From assembly GCF_001194135.2 (NCBI RefSeq), contig NC_068990.1:27976348-28040347 (forward strand): a stretch of DNA of 64,000 bases. Reading direction: 5' to 3'. Position 1 is the stretch's first letter. Each line of letters opens with the position of its first letter. The DNA is from Octopus bimaculoides (lineage: Eukaryota). Shown piece by piece: positions 42,107 to 55,415 of this stretch. The position numbers and the translations under genes are program-made. The notes under the pieces are model-generated. The model was not told where the DNA came from and ran no database searches. It saw nothing but the letters and a program-made list of their open reading frames with translations.

Positions 42107-42436
42107 CGAGAGAAGGAGAAGAAATTTTGTGTGTATACTTCGATTTGGATCGTAGGTGTTAATAGGATATAGTGGTGATATGATGAGCCAAATTTCTTTA
42201 TCTGCTTTGATTTCTTCATATACAGATGTATATGTACACATTACATATGCGTACGAATTGTATATGTAGATATTGATATGCATAAACATCTCTATAAATA
42301 TATAGATTTATACTTGTCTAATATATACATATGTATACATCTTTACATATTTTCTTCTGCTACTAAGCACTGACCTGCTCAACAACCTAATTTATATTGC
42401 TAAACTCTTCATTCCATACTACTTCACCTCTGCATA

Positions 42437-42497
<61 letters not shown>

Positions 42498-43099
42498 GCA
42501 CGAAAAGATTCTACACAAACTTTCCCTCTAATAAATTCATTCTTAATGTATCGGTCGGCTTGGGTTATATTAGAAGGTTCTTGCCCAAGATGCTGGGCGG
42601 CGGGACTGGACCCGAGTTCATATGGTTGTAAAACGAGATTCATAACCGCACAGCCATGTCTACATCTATATTCCAACATTTTTTTAAAAAATATAACAAT
42701 TCTAACGTTTGTTATTTAGTAGTGTAGCAGTGTGCCCCATTGACCCAAAACTGATATGAAAATAAATTAGACGTTAAATGTAAAAGCGAAACGGAAATAT
42801 CACAAGTTGAGTTTGGGATACGTAAAGAGCGCGGTGGGAAATAACCTCCACATTAAATCGAAATCGAATGAACCGAAAGACATCTCCATGGTTTATGTCT
42901 TAATTTTCAGTAACCAGCCACAGTATTTTTGAGAAATCTTTATTGAAACGATACTTTTGTTTATTCCGTGTATTTCTATGAGTCTTGTAATATATTTCCA
43001 TTTTACAAGAATGTGTTGTATGAATTTACCAGAAGCACATTAACAGTGCATTTGTAGTGAAACTTTCTTTAACATACTGTTATATACAATTGTCACAAA

Positions 43100-43760
43100 T
43101 TACTTGAACGTCCAGGTTACGAGCCAGGAATATGTTGAAATATTGTTCTAATATCCTGTACAGAGGCCAGATAACTTTTTTTCAATATCCTTAATAATAT
43201 ATCTCAAATAAGTGTGTTTCTGCTATTTCGCTTGCCACTTGAGCAAGCTACTGTATTCGGCTGGTAGCAGTTTCCGACATTTTGTTTTAGTTTGGTTTGT
43301 TTTGTTATTTTCTTTATTCTCTATACAGGATATTATACAAACGTATTGTTTGCGAATATGATTCTAGATTGCCTTTACAGGAATCGACTAACTTGAATGA
43401 ACTGTCATTTCATTGACAAATAAATAAAGCAATGTTAACAAAAAGTTTCTCTTTAACATGCTTTGCAAGCGTGCATCTTTTAGAAAATTGTATTGCTGTC
43501 TTAAGTGTTGTTCCTTGACGGCTGCAGCTTTGAGGCCATTCGTACATCGAGTGCCTGTAAAAACTGTTTTCGCGGTTAATTTTCGTTGAATGTTTCAGTA
43601 TGTTAGAGAATGTCTGTAAATATTGATTGTTCCCTACTTGTATGTCTTTCAATCGATAGGTATTTAATAAACGTGTTTTCGCATGGGTCTTGTCACTCGT
43701 TTCCTTCCTAAAGGGTTTCGTTTAAGAAGAATGATCTCATTAAAATAAGTGTGTTGGTCG
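43100..43760 (-). mobile_element. Decayed repeat, probably Penelope-like (GIY-YIG region); paralog at 46770-47360
   Basis: Clear nucleotide similarity between the copies ('gaacgtc.aggttacgagccag', 'ttttcaatatccttaataatatatctcaaata', 'gcagtttccgac'); weak YVGET.DRL..R-like remnant in the second copy. Confidence 0.45.
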
Positions 43761-44617
43761 CTTAGAGAGGTTTTCATACGGATGCTGGAGTAAGTTTTCC
43801 TATTCTTTTCGTTTTTGCTTTGATTTGTTAAAGAAAATTCTTTGCACCGCTGGTGTCTCATTAAATTCTTCTGTAGAATAACATTAGATTATAAATTCAC
43901 CAATTATATTGAATAACCGTAGAGTGGAAACTGCTTGCATTGAATCCGAATTGGTTCAAATTCATAGAATATCTAGATATTTATTCCCAGCGTAGGTTAC
44001 CTACGCAAGGAAAATTGATGTAACACAAGTGTTTCTTTACCAAGAATAATATACAAAACTCTTTTCTACATTTAGATTTATGAACCAATTGCTTATTTAT
44101 TTTCAAATCTATGTATCTAAACGTATATACAATTGCACTGTATGTATCGATTTGATTCTGTATCATGCAGGGTTTATAAAATACATTTTGTATTGTTATT
44201 CCTAACTTACACTCTAAGCATTAAATAACATGGTGAATTGGTTGCAGCTAACTCTGGCGTTTCAAATAGTTACCTTTAGTTTCCAGATTGTTTACTAACA
44301 TTAAGTATGAAAAGCGGAGAGGTTAGCATCGTCTGTTTGTCTCATGTCACCGTGGTAATGCATATGGCGCGTCTGCGCTAGCGCTGATAAATAAAATATG
44401 TGAAATCTTTTGCATTCATGATTCCTTAAGAGGTCTTTTTGTGAGATAGCTTTGATCACATGACATATGGTAGAATGGAAAGGTCTTTACAACTAAATGA
44501 CAGGGGTTGAAAATAAGCATTATGACGGGGTGCACCTCTTCTCTACCTCTCTTTGGGAAAGATACGGGGTTGGCGGTGGGTGTATATGTGTGTGCGTGTA
44601 TGTGCGTGCATGTGTGT

Positions 44618-44667
<50 letters not shown>

Positions 44668-44829
44668 NNNNNNNNNNNNNNNNNNNNNNNNNNNNNNNNN
44701 NNNNNNNNNNNNNNNNNNNNNNNNNNNNNGAAATTATACGTAGAGAATGAGGATCAGAAGACACTTGGCATTCCCATTGTTGTGTACTTGTTGAAATAAG
44801 TAACAAAAATTAAAACATCTCCTAGTAGG

Positions 44830-44898
44830 AGATATGGCGTAGTGGTTAAGAGCGCGGGCTACTAACTCCAAGATTCTCCGTTCGATTCCAAGGAGTGA

Positions 44899-44937
<39 letters not shown>

Positions 44938-45121
44938 CAACAACATCGAAAAATACCTTAGGAATGAGAACCCAGGTTCGAAATTTCCCCCAAAACACCT
45001 GATAAAGGCTGGAGAGGTATATCAGCCGAAACGTTGTGTTAATAACAAACAAGACGACGACAAATATCCGTCAAATGTAAATAATGTACACAATTCCTCA
45101 TGTCTTAAATATAGAACTGTA
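44830..45121 (+). mobile_element. tRNA-headed SINE (family D) with (AAT)n and a hammerhead-ribozyme-like motif, flanked by a TSD
   Basis: A box TGGCGTAGTGG (44835), B box GTTCGATTCC (44880); TSD tc(t/a)cctagtagg at 44818-44829 and 45122-45133. Confidence 0.8.
44994..45040 (+). ncRNA. Minimal type I hammerhead ribozyme motif (core variant CUGAUAA)
   Basis: AACAC-CTGATAA-A-GGCTG-(11 nt)-CAGCC-GAAAC-GTT-GTGTT: stems I and II pair perfectly; palindromic AACGTT replaces stem III. Confidence 0.7.
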
Positions 45122-45597
45122 TCACCTAGTAGGTTGGAAAAGACATTTCGACAAGTTCCACCGCACATCACAACGAAAATATTCATAATGTATCTAAATG
45201 TCATCAGATCACGGGATTTAGATTTGGATGGGAGAAAGTTTCCAATCTTGTGTATGTAACCATTCACCATTATATACTTTGGCTCGTTTTTATACCACTT
45301 CTTTGTCACTTCAACTCTACATACTTCGCAAGCATTCCAATAAACTCTTCTGTCGTCGCAGTCAGGTTCGAACTCTTAGTCGTTTCACGCTAGCTTACTG
45401 CATTCACTTATTAGTCTTTATTCTTTCGTTCCGCAACTTTTTCATTTTACACTTTTTTCTTACCTTTAAATATTTTCAACTCCATTGCTGAAGGTCCAAA
45501 CATAAAAATATTTTATACCATGGCCAACTGATGATTTAATGTTTTGTCTTATTTCTCGTCTACATTCTAAGTTTTTATGTATTTTGCCACACTCATT

Positions 45598-46010
45598 CTG
45601 TGAGAATCGTTAGCACATCGGCCAAGATTTCAAGCGGCATTTCCTCCGTCACTACGTTCTGAATCCAAATTCCGTCGAGGCTGGTTTTGAATTTCATTCT
45701 TTCAGTGTCAATAAAAAAAGTACCAGCTGGACACTGGGGTCGATTTAATTTATATAGCCCCTCTTCGAAATCTGCTGTCCTTGTGCCAAAGATTGAAGCC
45801 TGTATTATTAGCACCGTCAGTACGCCATTCAAAATGCTTAGCGGGCTTTCGTCTGTCTTTACGTTCTGAGTTCAAATGCTGCCGAGGTCCACTCGCCTTT
45901 CCATCTTTCCAATTCGATGAAATAAGCACCAGTTGCGTACTGGAGTCCCTTCAATCGACTTAACTCCTTCCTGGAAATTGCTGGGCTTGTGCTAAAATAT
46001 GAAATCACAA
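45598..46010 (+). mobile_element. Head-to-tail pair of family A SINEs
   Basis: 'gaatcgttagcac...gttctgaatccaaattccgtcgagg' and 'gttctgagttcaaatgctgccgaggtc', each with a family A tail. Confidence 0.8.
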
Positions 46011-46094
46011 AGCTTTTAATCAACCATATACATTGACTATAAATTATGCATTTATCATCTTCTGCTGTGTTGTCTATTCTGTGTTTGATGTAAT

Positions 46095-46225
<131 letters not shown>

Positions 46226-46769
46226 ATACCCTGTTGATATGTTCCTTTAAGTTAAATTAAGTATACGTATTTTTTATCTTTTATCTTTTACCTGATTCAG
46301 TCATTAGACTGCGAACATGCTGATTCACCATCTTGGAGAATATCTACTCGAGTGAACCGAACTGAATACATATCTTATTTTAAAACATATTACTTATTAT
46401 ATCTCTCTCTTTCGCCGAACCGCAAATTTACGGAGCCGTAAACCAAAAAGGGCGATTGACATGCGGTCGCTGGAGAGAAACTTAGACATAATGATACTCA
46501 CACACATGCATGCACTCCAACGCACACAAGCGGGGTGGGGAAGACATGCTTATCGTTTTTTCTCCGGTCTTTATGTTTTAAGATCAAATGCTACGAGGTC
46601 GATATAGCCTGTCATCCCTTCGGGGTCGATTAAATAAGTACCAGTTGAGTATTAACGTCGATATAATCGCCTTAACCCTTTCCTCAAAATTGTTGACCTG
46701 ATGTCAACATTTGAAACCTATATCGTATTTAAGTTTTCTCCTTATTTAAACAAACTCATGCCTCTTATA

Positions 46770-47360
46770 ACTTACTGAACGTCTAGGTTACGAGCCAGCA
46801 AGTCCTTGAAAAATTGCTGTAATATCCTGTACAAAGACTAAATGAAGCTTTTCAATATCCTTAATAATATATCTCAAATAATATTATGTCTGCTATTTCA
46901 ATTTCCACTCTAAGACGCTACTGTAATCGGTCGGCAGCAGTTTCCGACGTTTTCCTGTCCCTGATAATATAAAAACGTATTGTTTACAAGTATGATACGA
47001 GTTCACCTTCTCAGGAATTGTCTTCATCGAACGAACTGTCATTTCACCCACTTATCAAAGAAGTATTATTAACTAGAACTTTCTCCTTAACATGCTTTCC
47101 AAGGCTTTTATCTACAAAATAACTTTGCAGTCCTTTTTATATCTTGTTTCTTGACGGCTTCAACTTTGAAACCAAATGGAAATCCAGGATGTATAAACAC
47201 TATTTTTGAAGTTGATATGTCAGTGAATCTCTGTAAATATTTACTATTCCTTATTTCTATAGCTTTCAGTCGATAGGTTATTCAATAATCGGGTTTTCGT
47301 TATAGACTTGTCAACCGTTTCCTTCTAAAGAGTTTCGATTAAGAAGAAAAGTTTCATTAA
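46770..47360 (-). mobile_element. Second copy of the 43100-43760 decayed repeat
   Basis: Collinear similarity to 43100-43760. Confidence 0.55.
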
Positions 47361-47683
47361 AATAGATTTTAAGTATATTAGAATTTAGATAGCAAGAATT
47401 TGTATACGAGCTTTAGGACAATCAGTTTCAATTCAGATTCTAGCAATAACTAGGCCAATTAGACAATAGGAAATTATACAAATATAGTTGGCGCAGGCCT
47501 GACTGTGATTTTAATAAGCTTGGTTTGCGCTCCTATGTCTTCGAGTTCAGTATCACCTCGTGACACCTTAGGCAAATCTCTTCTACTATGGTCCCGAGCT
47601 GAACAATGCTTTCTGAATGAATATGGTTGGCGGAAACTGTATTCAAGACTGCAGTATATTTGTATGTGTATCTGCATGTATAC

Positions 47684-47743
<60 letters not shown>

Positions 47744-47943
47744 NNNNNNNNNNNNNNNNNNNNNNNNNNNNNNNNNNNNNNNNNNNNNNNNNNNNNNNNN
47801 NNNNNNNNNNNNNNNNNNNNNNNNNNNNNNNNNNNNNNNNNNNNNNNNNNNNNNNNNNNNNNNNNNNNNNNNNNNNNNNNNNNNNNNNNNNNNNNNNNNN
47901 NNNNNNNNNNNNNNNNNNNNNNNNNNNNNNNNNNNNNNNNNNN

Positions 47944-47992
<49 letters not shown>

Positions 47993-48012
47993 AGATAGAT
48001 AGATAGATAGAT

Positions 48013-48160
48013 AGGCGCAGGAGTGGCTATGTGGCAAGTAGCTTGCTTACCAACCACATGGTTCAGGGTTCAATCCCACTGTGTGGCACCTTAAGCTAGT
48101 GTCTTCTACTATAGCCACATGCTGACCTGCTTGTGGATTTGGTAGACGGAAAATAAAAGA
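48013..48160 (+). mobile_element. Family B SINE head
   Basis: 'ggcgcaggagtggctatgtggcaagtagcttgcttaccaaccacatggttcagggttcaatcccact'. Confidence 0.85.
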
Positions 48161-50044
48161 ATACACATGCACTAATTTATTCAGCATGTCATTCAGAATT
48201 TAGCATTGCAGGGTGCAATTTCTGAGATCTGCCACCCCTTGTAGGACTTCCATATATTCTTTCTTAAGATTCGTCAGCCTAAATATTTTAAGAAACAACG
48301 ATACAGGTTTTGAAACCGCGTCAGTGTCGGTTTTTCGGGAGCTGTTTCTTTTTTTTGGTGTGAATAAATGACGACAATCTTCTGTTTCAATAATATTGTA
48401 GACGTGAGTTATTAGCGTAGAGTTTTTATGGCAAGGCCAATGAAGAGAGCTAAGCTTTAGGCAAGTTTATATTCATTAGAAACATACAATTCCCAACTGA
48501 AGCCATTTGAATTTATTAACGTAGCTAAACCTCGTTTGGAAAATACGATTATTTCAAAATCTCATTCATACTACCTTAGTTAATACAGAAATACTTGCAA
48601 AGAAACTAACAATAGTTAATTCACAGTATTACATTTTAAAAAGCCATACAACGTATCTAAAAATAATTATATATTTAAAATAAGAAATGCGGTCCCATTG
48701 TAATGTATACAAATGCGACACATTTTTGCACAAATAAATTTCTAGCATATTAAATATATAGTTCAAGCTCCGATTTATTTGTTCATTACTCTGGAAGTAG
48801 TAATCTTCTTGTGCAGGTGCGTGGCATAGTGGTTAAGTTGTTACGCGCAAGAAGTTGGTTTCGATCCTCGGATCCAGCGGTGTGTTGTATTCAGGAGCAA
48901 GACCTTTTATTTCACGTTACTCTCGTTCACTCACCTTTAAATCAGTAAACAGTTTGTCACACTGGTGTGTGGTAGAGGTAAGGGTGCGGAATGTTGTGAT
49001 CTCGGTCATTTGAACGCAATGGAATCTAGGCAGGTAAACTTAAGAACCGTAAGACTCGAAACAGTAATGTTCAGGGTTTGTTGATACTGTTGTTTTCGTT
49101 GTCGGTGTTGTTGTTATAGTTGCTGTTCTTATTGTTGTTGTTGGTGGTGGTGATGAGGATGAAGATAATGACGATGACGATGATGACGACGATGAAATAA
49201 TCTTCTTTACTACGATTACGTTCCCCGCTGAATATTTAGGTGAAAGAGAGAGAGAGAGAGAGAGAGAGTGAATCTTTCTACAAAATCTTATATAATTCGA
49301 GCCCATAGTCTGTATGTGGTACTATCGCGTGCTTGAGACAGCAGTTAAATGCACTTCCAGCTACACATGACAGAATAGCAGATTTAATTTGGGTCGCACA
49401 CGTAATTTGGGTGGTAGATTTAACTACTGCCAGGGATAAACATAACGCTTGTCCCCTCGGCTACGTTCAACGGAACACGCTGATTGTAGCATTTAAGACA
49501 GTTCTCTTGTTTCTAGACACCCACCCTCCTTCCTTTCTTTCATTTGTTTTAGATGACCTGCAAGTGAGTAGGTACACTACCATCCAATCTGATATATAAA
49601 AAAAAGAAAACGGTGGACTCATTTGGTAAGGTAGTTGTATGAAGCAAGTTGATCTTTTGACGGTGTTCTATATCGTCATAATTCTACCAACTCAAATTCA
49701 TATCAATTAATAACAATAGCAACATCAGCGTCAACTGATATTCCCAGAAAATATTTGTACAAGTATGGAATCAAAGAAATATATATTAAATATGATGTAA
49801 TCATTCATTCTATAAATTTGCAACTAAAAACATTAGGTACGCGAAGAATGCATAAACGATCAGTGAATTCTCATCAATCAAAGTGGCAAATGATGAGGAT
49901 TAAAATGACAAATTGTGCATGTAGACAAAATGAGAGTTATACATGAAAGTTTTTAACATAAATAGAGAATTATTCATGAATCACCTCTCGTCAGCGATGT
50001 AGACAAAAGCAAGTGTAATTTCGGAGTCTTTAACATACAAACGC

Positions 50045-50201
50045 AAGAGTAGCCGTGTGGTAAGTAGCTTGCTTACTAATTACATTGTTCCGGGTTCAGT
50101 CCCACTGCGTGACATCTTCGACAAATATCTTCTCCTATAATCTCGGGCCGGCCAAAGCTTTGTCAGTGGATTTGGTAGATGGAAACTGAAAGAAGCCTGT
50201 C

Positions 50202-50281
<80 letters not shown>

Positions 50282-50623
50282 GTGCGTGTGTGTATGTTTG
50301 TGTAACTGTGTTTGTCCCACCAACATCACTTGACCACCGATACTGGTGTGTTTACGTCCCCGTAACTTAGCGGTTCGGTAAAAAGAGACCGATAGAATAA
50401 GTACTAGGCTTACAAAGAATTACATTATTTACATTTGACAGATATTTGTCCTAAATCTTGTTTGCTCTTAACACAACGTTTCGGCTGATATACCCTCCCG
50501 CCTTCATTAGGTGTCTTGGTGAAATTCCGAACCTGCGTTCTTATTCCTAAGGTATTTGTCGATGTTATAATAATAATAATAATAACGATTATTATTATTA
50601 ATATTATTATTATTATTATTATG

Positions 50624-50673
<50 letters not shown>

Positions 50674-50830
50674 CCGTCAGCTATAAATAATGTAAGTAAT
50701 GTACATAATTCCTGATCTCTTAAATATAGAACTGTATTACAAAGAATAAGTCCCGGGGTCGATTTGCTCGACTAACGTCGGTGCTCCAGCATGGCCGCAG
50801 TTAAATGACTGAAACAAGTAAAAGAGAGAA
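50045..50830 (+). mobile_element. Family B SINE interrupted by a family D insertion
   Basis: Head, (TA)n and tail are collinear with other family B copies except for the 50421-50736 insert. Confidence 0.85.
50421..50736. mobile_element. 5'-truncated, partly inverted family D (hammerhead) copy with an 11-bp TSD
   Basis: TSD ttacaaagaat at 50410-50420 and 50737-50747; 50421-50575 is antisense and 50670-50736 is the sense 3' end; hammerhead motif at 50470-50515 (minus). Confidence 0.8.
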
Positions 50831-51094
50831 AAGAGACTTTCATCTCAGGATACTCTTTTGCTCTTCCGATTGCACAAGTGATTGAAAATATCACTGAATC
50901 GATAAATAAATATTACAAAGATAAGTGATTAGAACGTTCAGGATAAAAGTACATACAAGTGAGGTGGGAAAGTAGGGAAAGATAATATAACACAGGTCAA
51001 CAAAAGTATATCAAAGTTCCAGAAATAGTATCCATGTAAAGTTTGATTTATCCATATATAGCAGAATACAAATCATTACAGTGTGTGAAATAAA

Positions 51095-51352
51095 TAAAAA
51101 TAAATGTGCCCTTTTAAAGCCTAGCCAGGCTCATGGGCCCCTTTTCCCGGTTTCAATGGATTATGTGTTCCCCAGCTGGACGGGACGCCGTCCATCGCGG
51201 CGTAACTCATTTAGGCCAGCCGAGTGGTCTGGAGCAACGTGAAATAAAGTGTATTGCTCAGGAACACAACACGTCGCCCGATCCAGGAATCGAAACCACA
51301 ATCTTGCGTTCATGATGCTGACACCCTAACCACTAAGCCACGAGCCTCCACA
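51095..51352 (-). mobile_element. Family C SINE, near full length
   Basis: 'ggagcaacgtgaaataaag...ccaggaatcgaaaccacaatctt...ccctaaccactaagccacg.gcctccacac' shows reverse-complemented A and B boxes. Confidence 0.85.
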
Positions 51353-52027
51353 CATGTCTGGAATACATTTTGTAATTAAAATTCTATATTTTACTGATTT
51401 TGCATTTCATTTTTCTAACATTTCTGAGTTCTAACATGCGAAGAATATGGAAAATGTCGCAACGAAGGTCGATTTTACCGATTCCAATAGTTGTACTCAT
51501 ACTTCGTTCGTTAGCAGCAGAAACAAATCAGGCAATCTTTGTCAACTTCGGCGATATATCAACAAAAAAATAATAAGGAACTTCTATATACTGCAAGAAC
51601 ACTTCATTCGCCAATATACACTTCCGATTGTGTACCTCCTGATGAAAAGGATAACCTTTATAAAATATCTGTAAAAAGAATTATTCAGCATCATTAAACA
51701 TCGCGCGCACATACACACATACACACACACACACATAAACGCACACATACACATACATACAGACAGACAAACAAACACACACATGCACCCGTGGGCGTGT
51801 GTGTGTGTGTGTGTATAGACAAATACAGGCATAACAAATACCATACGACAAAAATTCTAGACTGATTAAAGTGAGAGCTCCGCCTCTAAACGATGTGTCA
51901 CGATGACCAGAGCAACATCGTAGACAACAAAATCAAAAGAATCTATGCCTATATAATTATGACGCCTTGGCGAAAGTTCTAGAAATTTTAATAATCAAAC
52001 GTCAATAATTAAATGGTTACCAACACG

Positions 52028-52054
52028 ATGATGATGACGACGACGACGACGATA

Positions 52055-52135
<81 letters not shown>

Positions 52136-52220
52136 TTGATTATGGTGGTGGTAGTAGTGATGATGATGGTGGTGGTGGTGGTGGTAGTGGTGATGATGAT
52201 GATGGTGGTGGTGGTAGTGG

Positions 52221-52257
<37 letters not shown>

Positions 52258-52265
52258 GATGATGA
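52028..52265. repeat. (GAT)n/(GGT)n compound microsatellite
   Basis: Directly visible; source of the poly-His and poly-Met ORFs. Confidence 0.95.
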
Positions 52266-55255
52266 TAAAATACATGGCTATATTCCATAAGAGGGTAACT
52301 TGTCCGTCACCTTATGTAACTGATAATTGAAAAATGGGACATTTAGTATAGATTTACATTGAGGCCACTTTTTTTGTGTATTTTATATTTTTGAAAGAGA
52401 GATGTAGAGAAAATGCCTTACATAGACAGCATATACGTTAGGGTGTATTGTTAATCAAAAGAAACACATTTATCGTCCTTACATTCATTTATTCATCAAA
52501 ATTTGCTCGATAATATATACAAAATCTCAATGGATATCTCATATCAAAAGAGAAGGATTCAACTTTTAATAATTTTTAAAGATATTAGTGTCACTTGGAT
52601 TAATGATCTTCTCAAAGTTATACATAAATGAAACTGAAAAGAAGCGTAATTTACACAAATAATTATACTTATATAATTAAAGAGGACCGAGAGTTCATTA
52701 ACGAAGTTGATTTGAATTAAGCTGTACTAACTATCTCCTACTTCTTTGGCCATCATCATCCATAAATACTTTCTTCCAATTTGTTTGAGTTGAAATTCCA
52801 AATGAATATAGGATTACTTTTATTCAATCATTTATTAACAACTTCTGTTGGTGTTGCTATCTAACTTTCTTATATAATATAGTTGTGTGGTTTAGGAGCT
52901 CGCTTTGGAAGCAGATGGTGTCAGGTTCAGTTCCATTAAGCGACACCTAGAGCTAGCGTTTTCTTCTACAGCTTCATATATTAAGGCCGATAAATGCATT
53001 GTGAATCAATTTGGTGGACAGCAAATATTTGCAAGCCTGTCGTATATGTGCATAATATATATATAAAACTATATATTTATATTTTATACTGTGAAACTTA
53101 ATTTAATTTTAATTTTTGATAAATTGAATTTAATTGAGCTTTTACCTGTAAATTTGGATTTTTATCCCTAATAATATTATNNNNNNNNNNNNNNNNNNNN
53201 NNNNNNNNNNNNNNNNNNNNNNNNNNNNNNNNNNNNNNNNNNNNNNNNNNNNNNNNNNNNNNNNNNNNNNNNNNNNNNNNNNNNNNNNNNNNNNNNNNNN
53301 NNNNNNNNNNNNNNNNNNNNNNNNNNNNNNNNNNNNNNNNNNNNNNNNNNNNNNNNNNNNNNNNNNNNNNNNNNNNNNNNNNNNNNNNNNNNNNNNNNNN
53401 NNNNNNNNNNNNNNNNNNNNNNNNNTGTATGTATATATACATGAGGTAAGGTGAGCGTGTGCATAGCTTTTACCATAGCTTTTACTACTCAGGATTTGAA
53501 AATAGGTGTCGGTTTCTTAACTCGCCTACAAATTACTGGTTGGTAAGAGACACCGATAGAACAAAGAAAAAATAGGTCCTAAGATTGATTTGTTCGACAA
53601 CAAACCCATCATGGCTGTATCTCAATGAATGACACTAGTAACAAATAAAGATACTTATACAGGGGATAAGATTCCATACGCATACGTCATCAATTCGATA
53701 TAACATTACCAAAATGGCTTTTATATATCAGCATACTGTTATATTAACATTTATATTACAGAAACACATTGAGTCGGTAGTGTTAGTTTGCAGAGAATCA
53801 TTTTTATTATATATTTTTGTAACGCTCAAACGAAAGTCAATAGTAAGTAATCAGTATTTAAAGTATAGATTTTAAACAAACCACCTTCTTTTATATTCTT
53901 TGGAATAGCTGATAAACTAAATTTTGATTAAATTAGAATTCAATTATTCTTTATTTTGTTATCATCGTAAATTATCAACATTATTGTGTAACAGATTTAT
54001 GGCATCTACAAATACTTTTTCAGTCATAGAGCTACATTTATGTCTTCTCTTTGTATATATATATATATATATATACATATACCTATGCCAAAATACATGC
54101 ACACAGCCACTCACACACATATACATGTAATTGAAAATACACAGAAGATATTTATGGTACTCAATGCTTTCTCTAACATATACGTGTTTCGTTTAATTAC
54201 TGTCATAGTTACAGAACATTAGTAGTTCCTGCAAGTTCTCTCAACAGTGTTACGCAATAAACTGTACGACCGGTGTTGTATCTTCGATCTGTGTAATATT
54301 GAGGACCAATGTAACGGAGCAGATTGACTTTTCTTCTGATTATCAGAATGGCGGTTGATGTTACGTAATGTTAGTTAGCTGTTTGTAATATTCAGTACAT
54401 TGCTTGTGAAGAGCATGATAAGATATTGTTTGCAGACAGTTCCTGAACCCGCATTGTGAATATTTGCGAGTGTATATGCAACAAAATAACAGAACAACTT
54501 TCAGCGATCATAGCGGTTTCAAAACTATCTGTATATAGATTGCTGGATCAAATAACGACACCTGGGCAAGGAATTTAAATCATGGCATTTAATTATTGTG
54601 CTGGCATTACAAGATGAGGTTGGCATCTTTGGGTGGGTGTGGTATAATCATCTTGCGCAAAAAATAAAAGTAAAAAATGGTGAAGAGAGACCAGATTTCT
54701 GAGAGAAGAGACATCGAATCTCTAGATTGATAAGAGGCTTTCTGTGGCTAGATTTGTCAGTTTATATATCTTTAAGCCATCCTTCTAGAAGTGAGGCAAA
54801 ACTCGCATATCTCCTTTCAAGCTTACCATAGCAACCAACATAAGACGTTCAGTACCGACTTGTCTGGAAATATTCACGGCAGCTTTAAAATTTTTATAGA
54901 GAAACGTTAAGTTGTGATCCTGGAGTGAGAAAATCCCTCCCCAATTGTCACACACACACATACTTATTGCATTTATATTATATTGCATATGTAGATATAT
55001 GTTACATACATCACGTATATACATACATATAAGCAACTAGGGTTTAAGAAACACTTATATTGCTAGAAATAAGAGCTAAAATGGTCTAATATTGTAGTCA
55101 AAGAACGGCGTTTTCGGACGATTATACTCCTTGTCTGTATATATGTATACAATGATGTACTTTGACTGCAGTATTAGAGCATTTTAGGTCTTATTTCTAG
55201 TAATATAAGTGACAATTACAATTTTCCTGTTTGCGAAAACATTGCAAACTACTGC

Positions 55256-55301
<46 letters not shown>

Positions 55302-55342
55302 CAACGCACACGCATCCACACGCATGCACACACACACACACA

Positions 55343-55415
<73 letters not shown>

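Noticed and set aside
44830-44902. Functional tRNA gene
   Set aside because: A and B boxes are present but I cannot fold a proper acceptor stem, and it is part of a TSD-flanked element.
51995-52330. Poly-His and poly-Met proteins
   Set aside because: Translations of (GAT)n/(GGT)n microsatellites.
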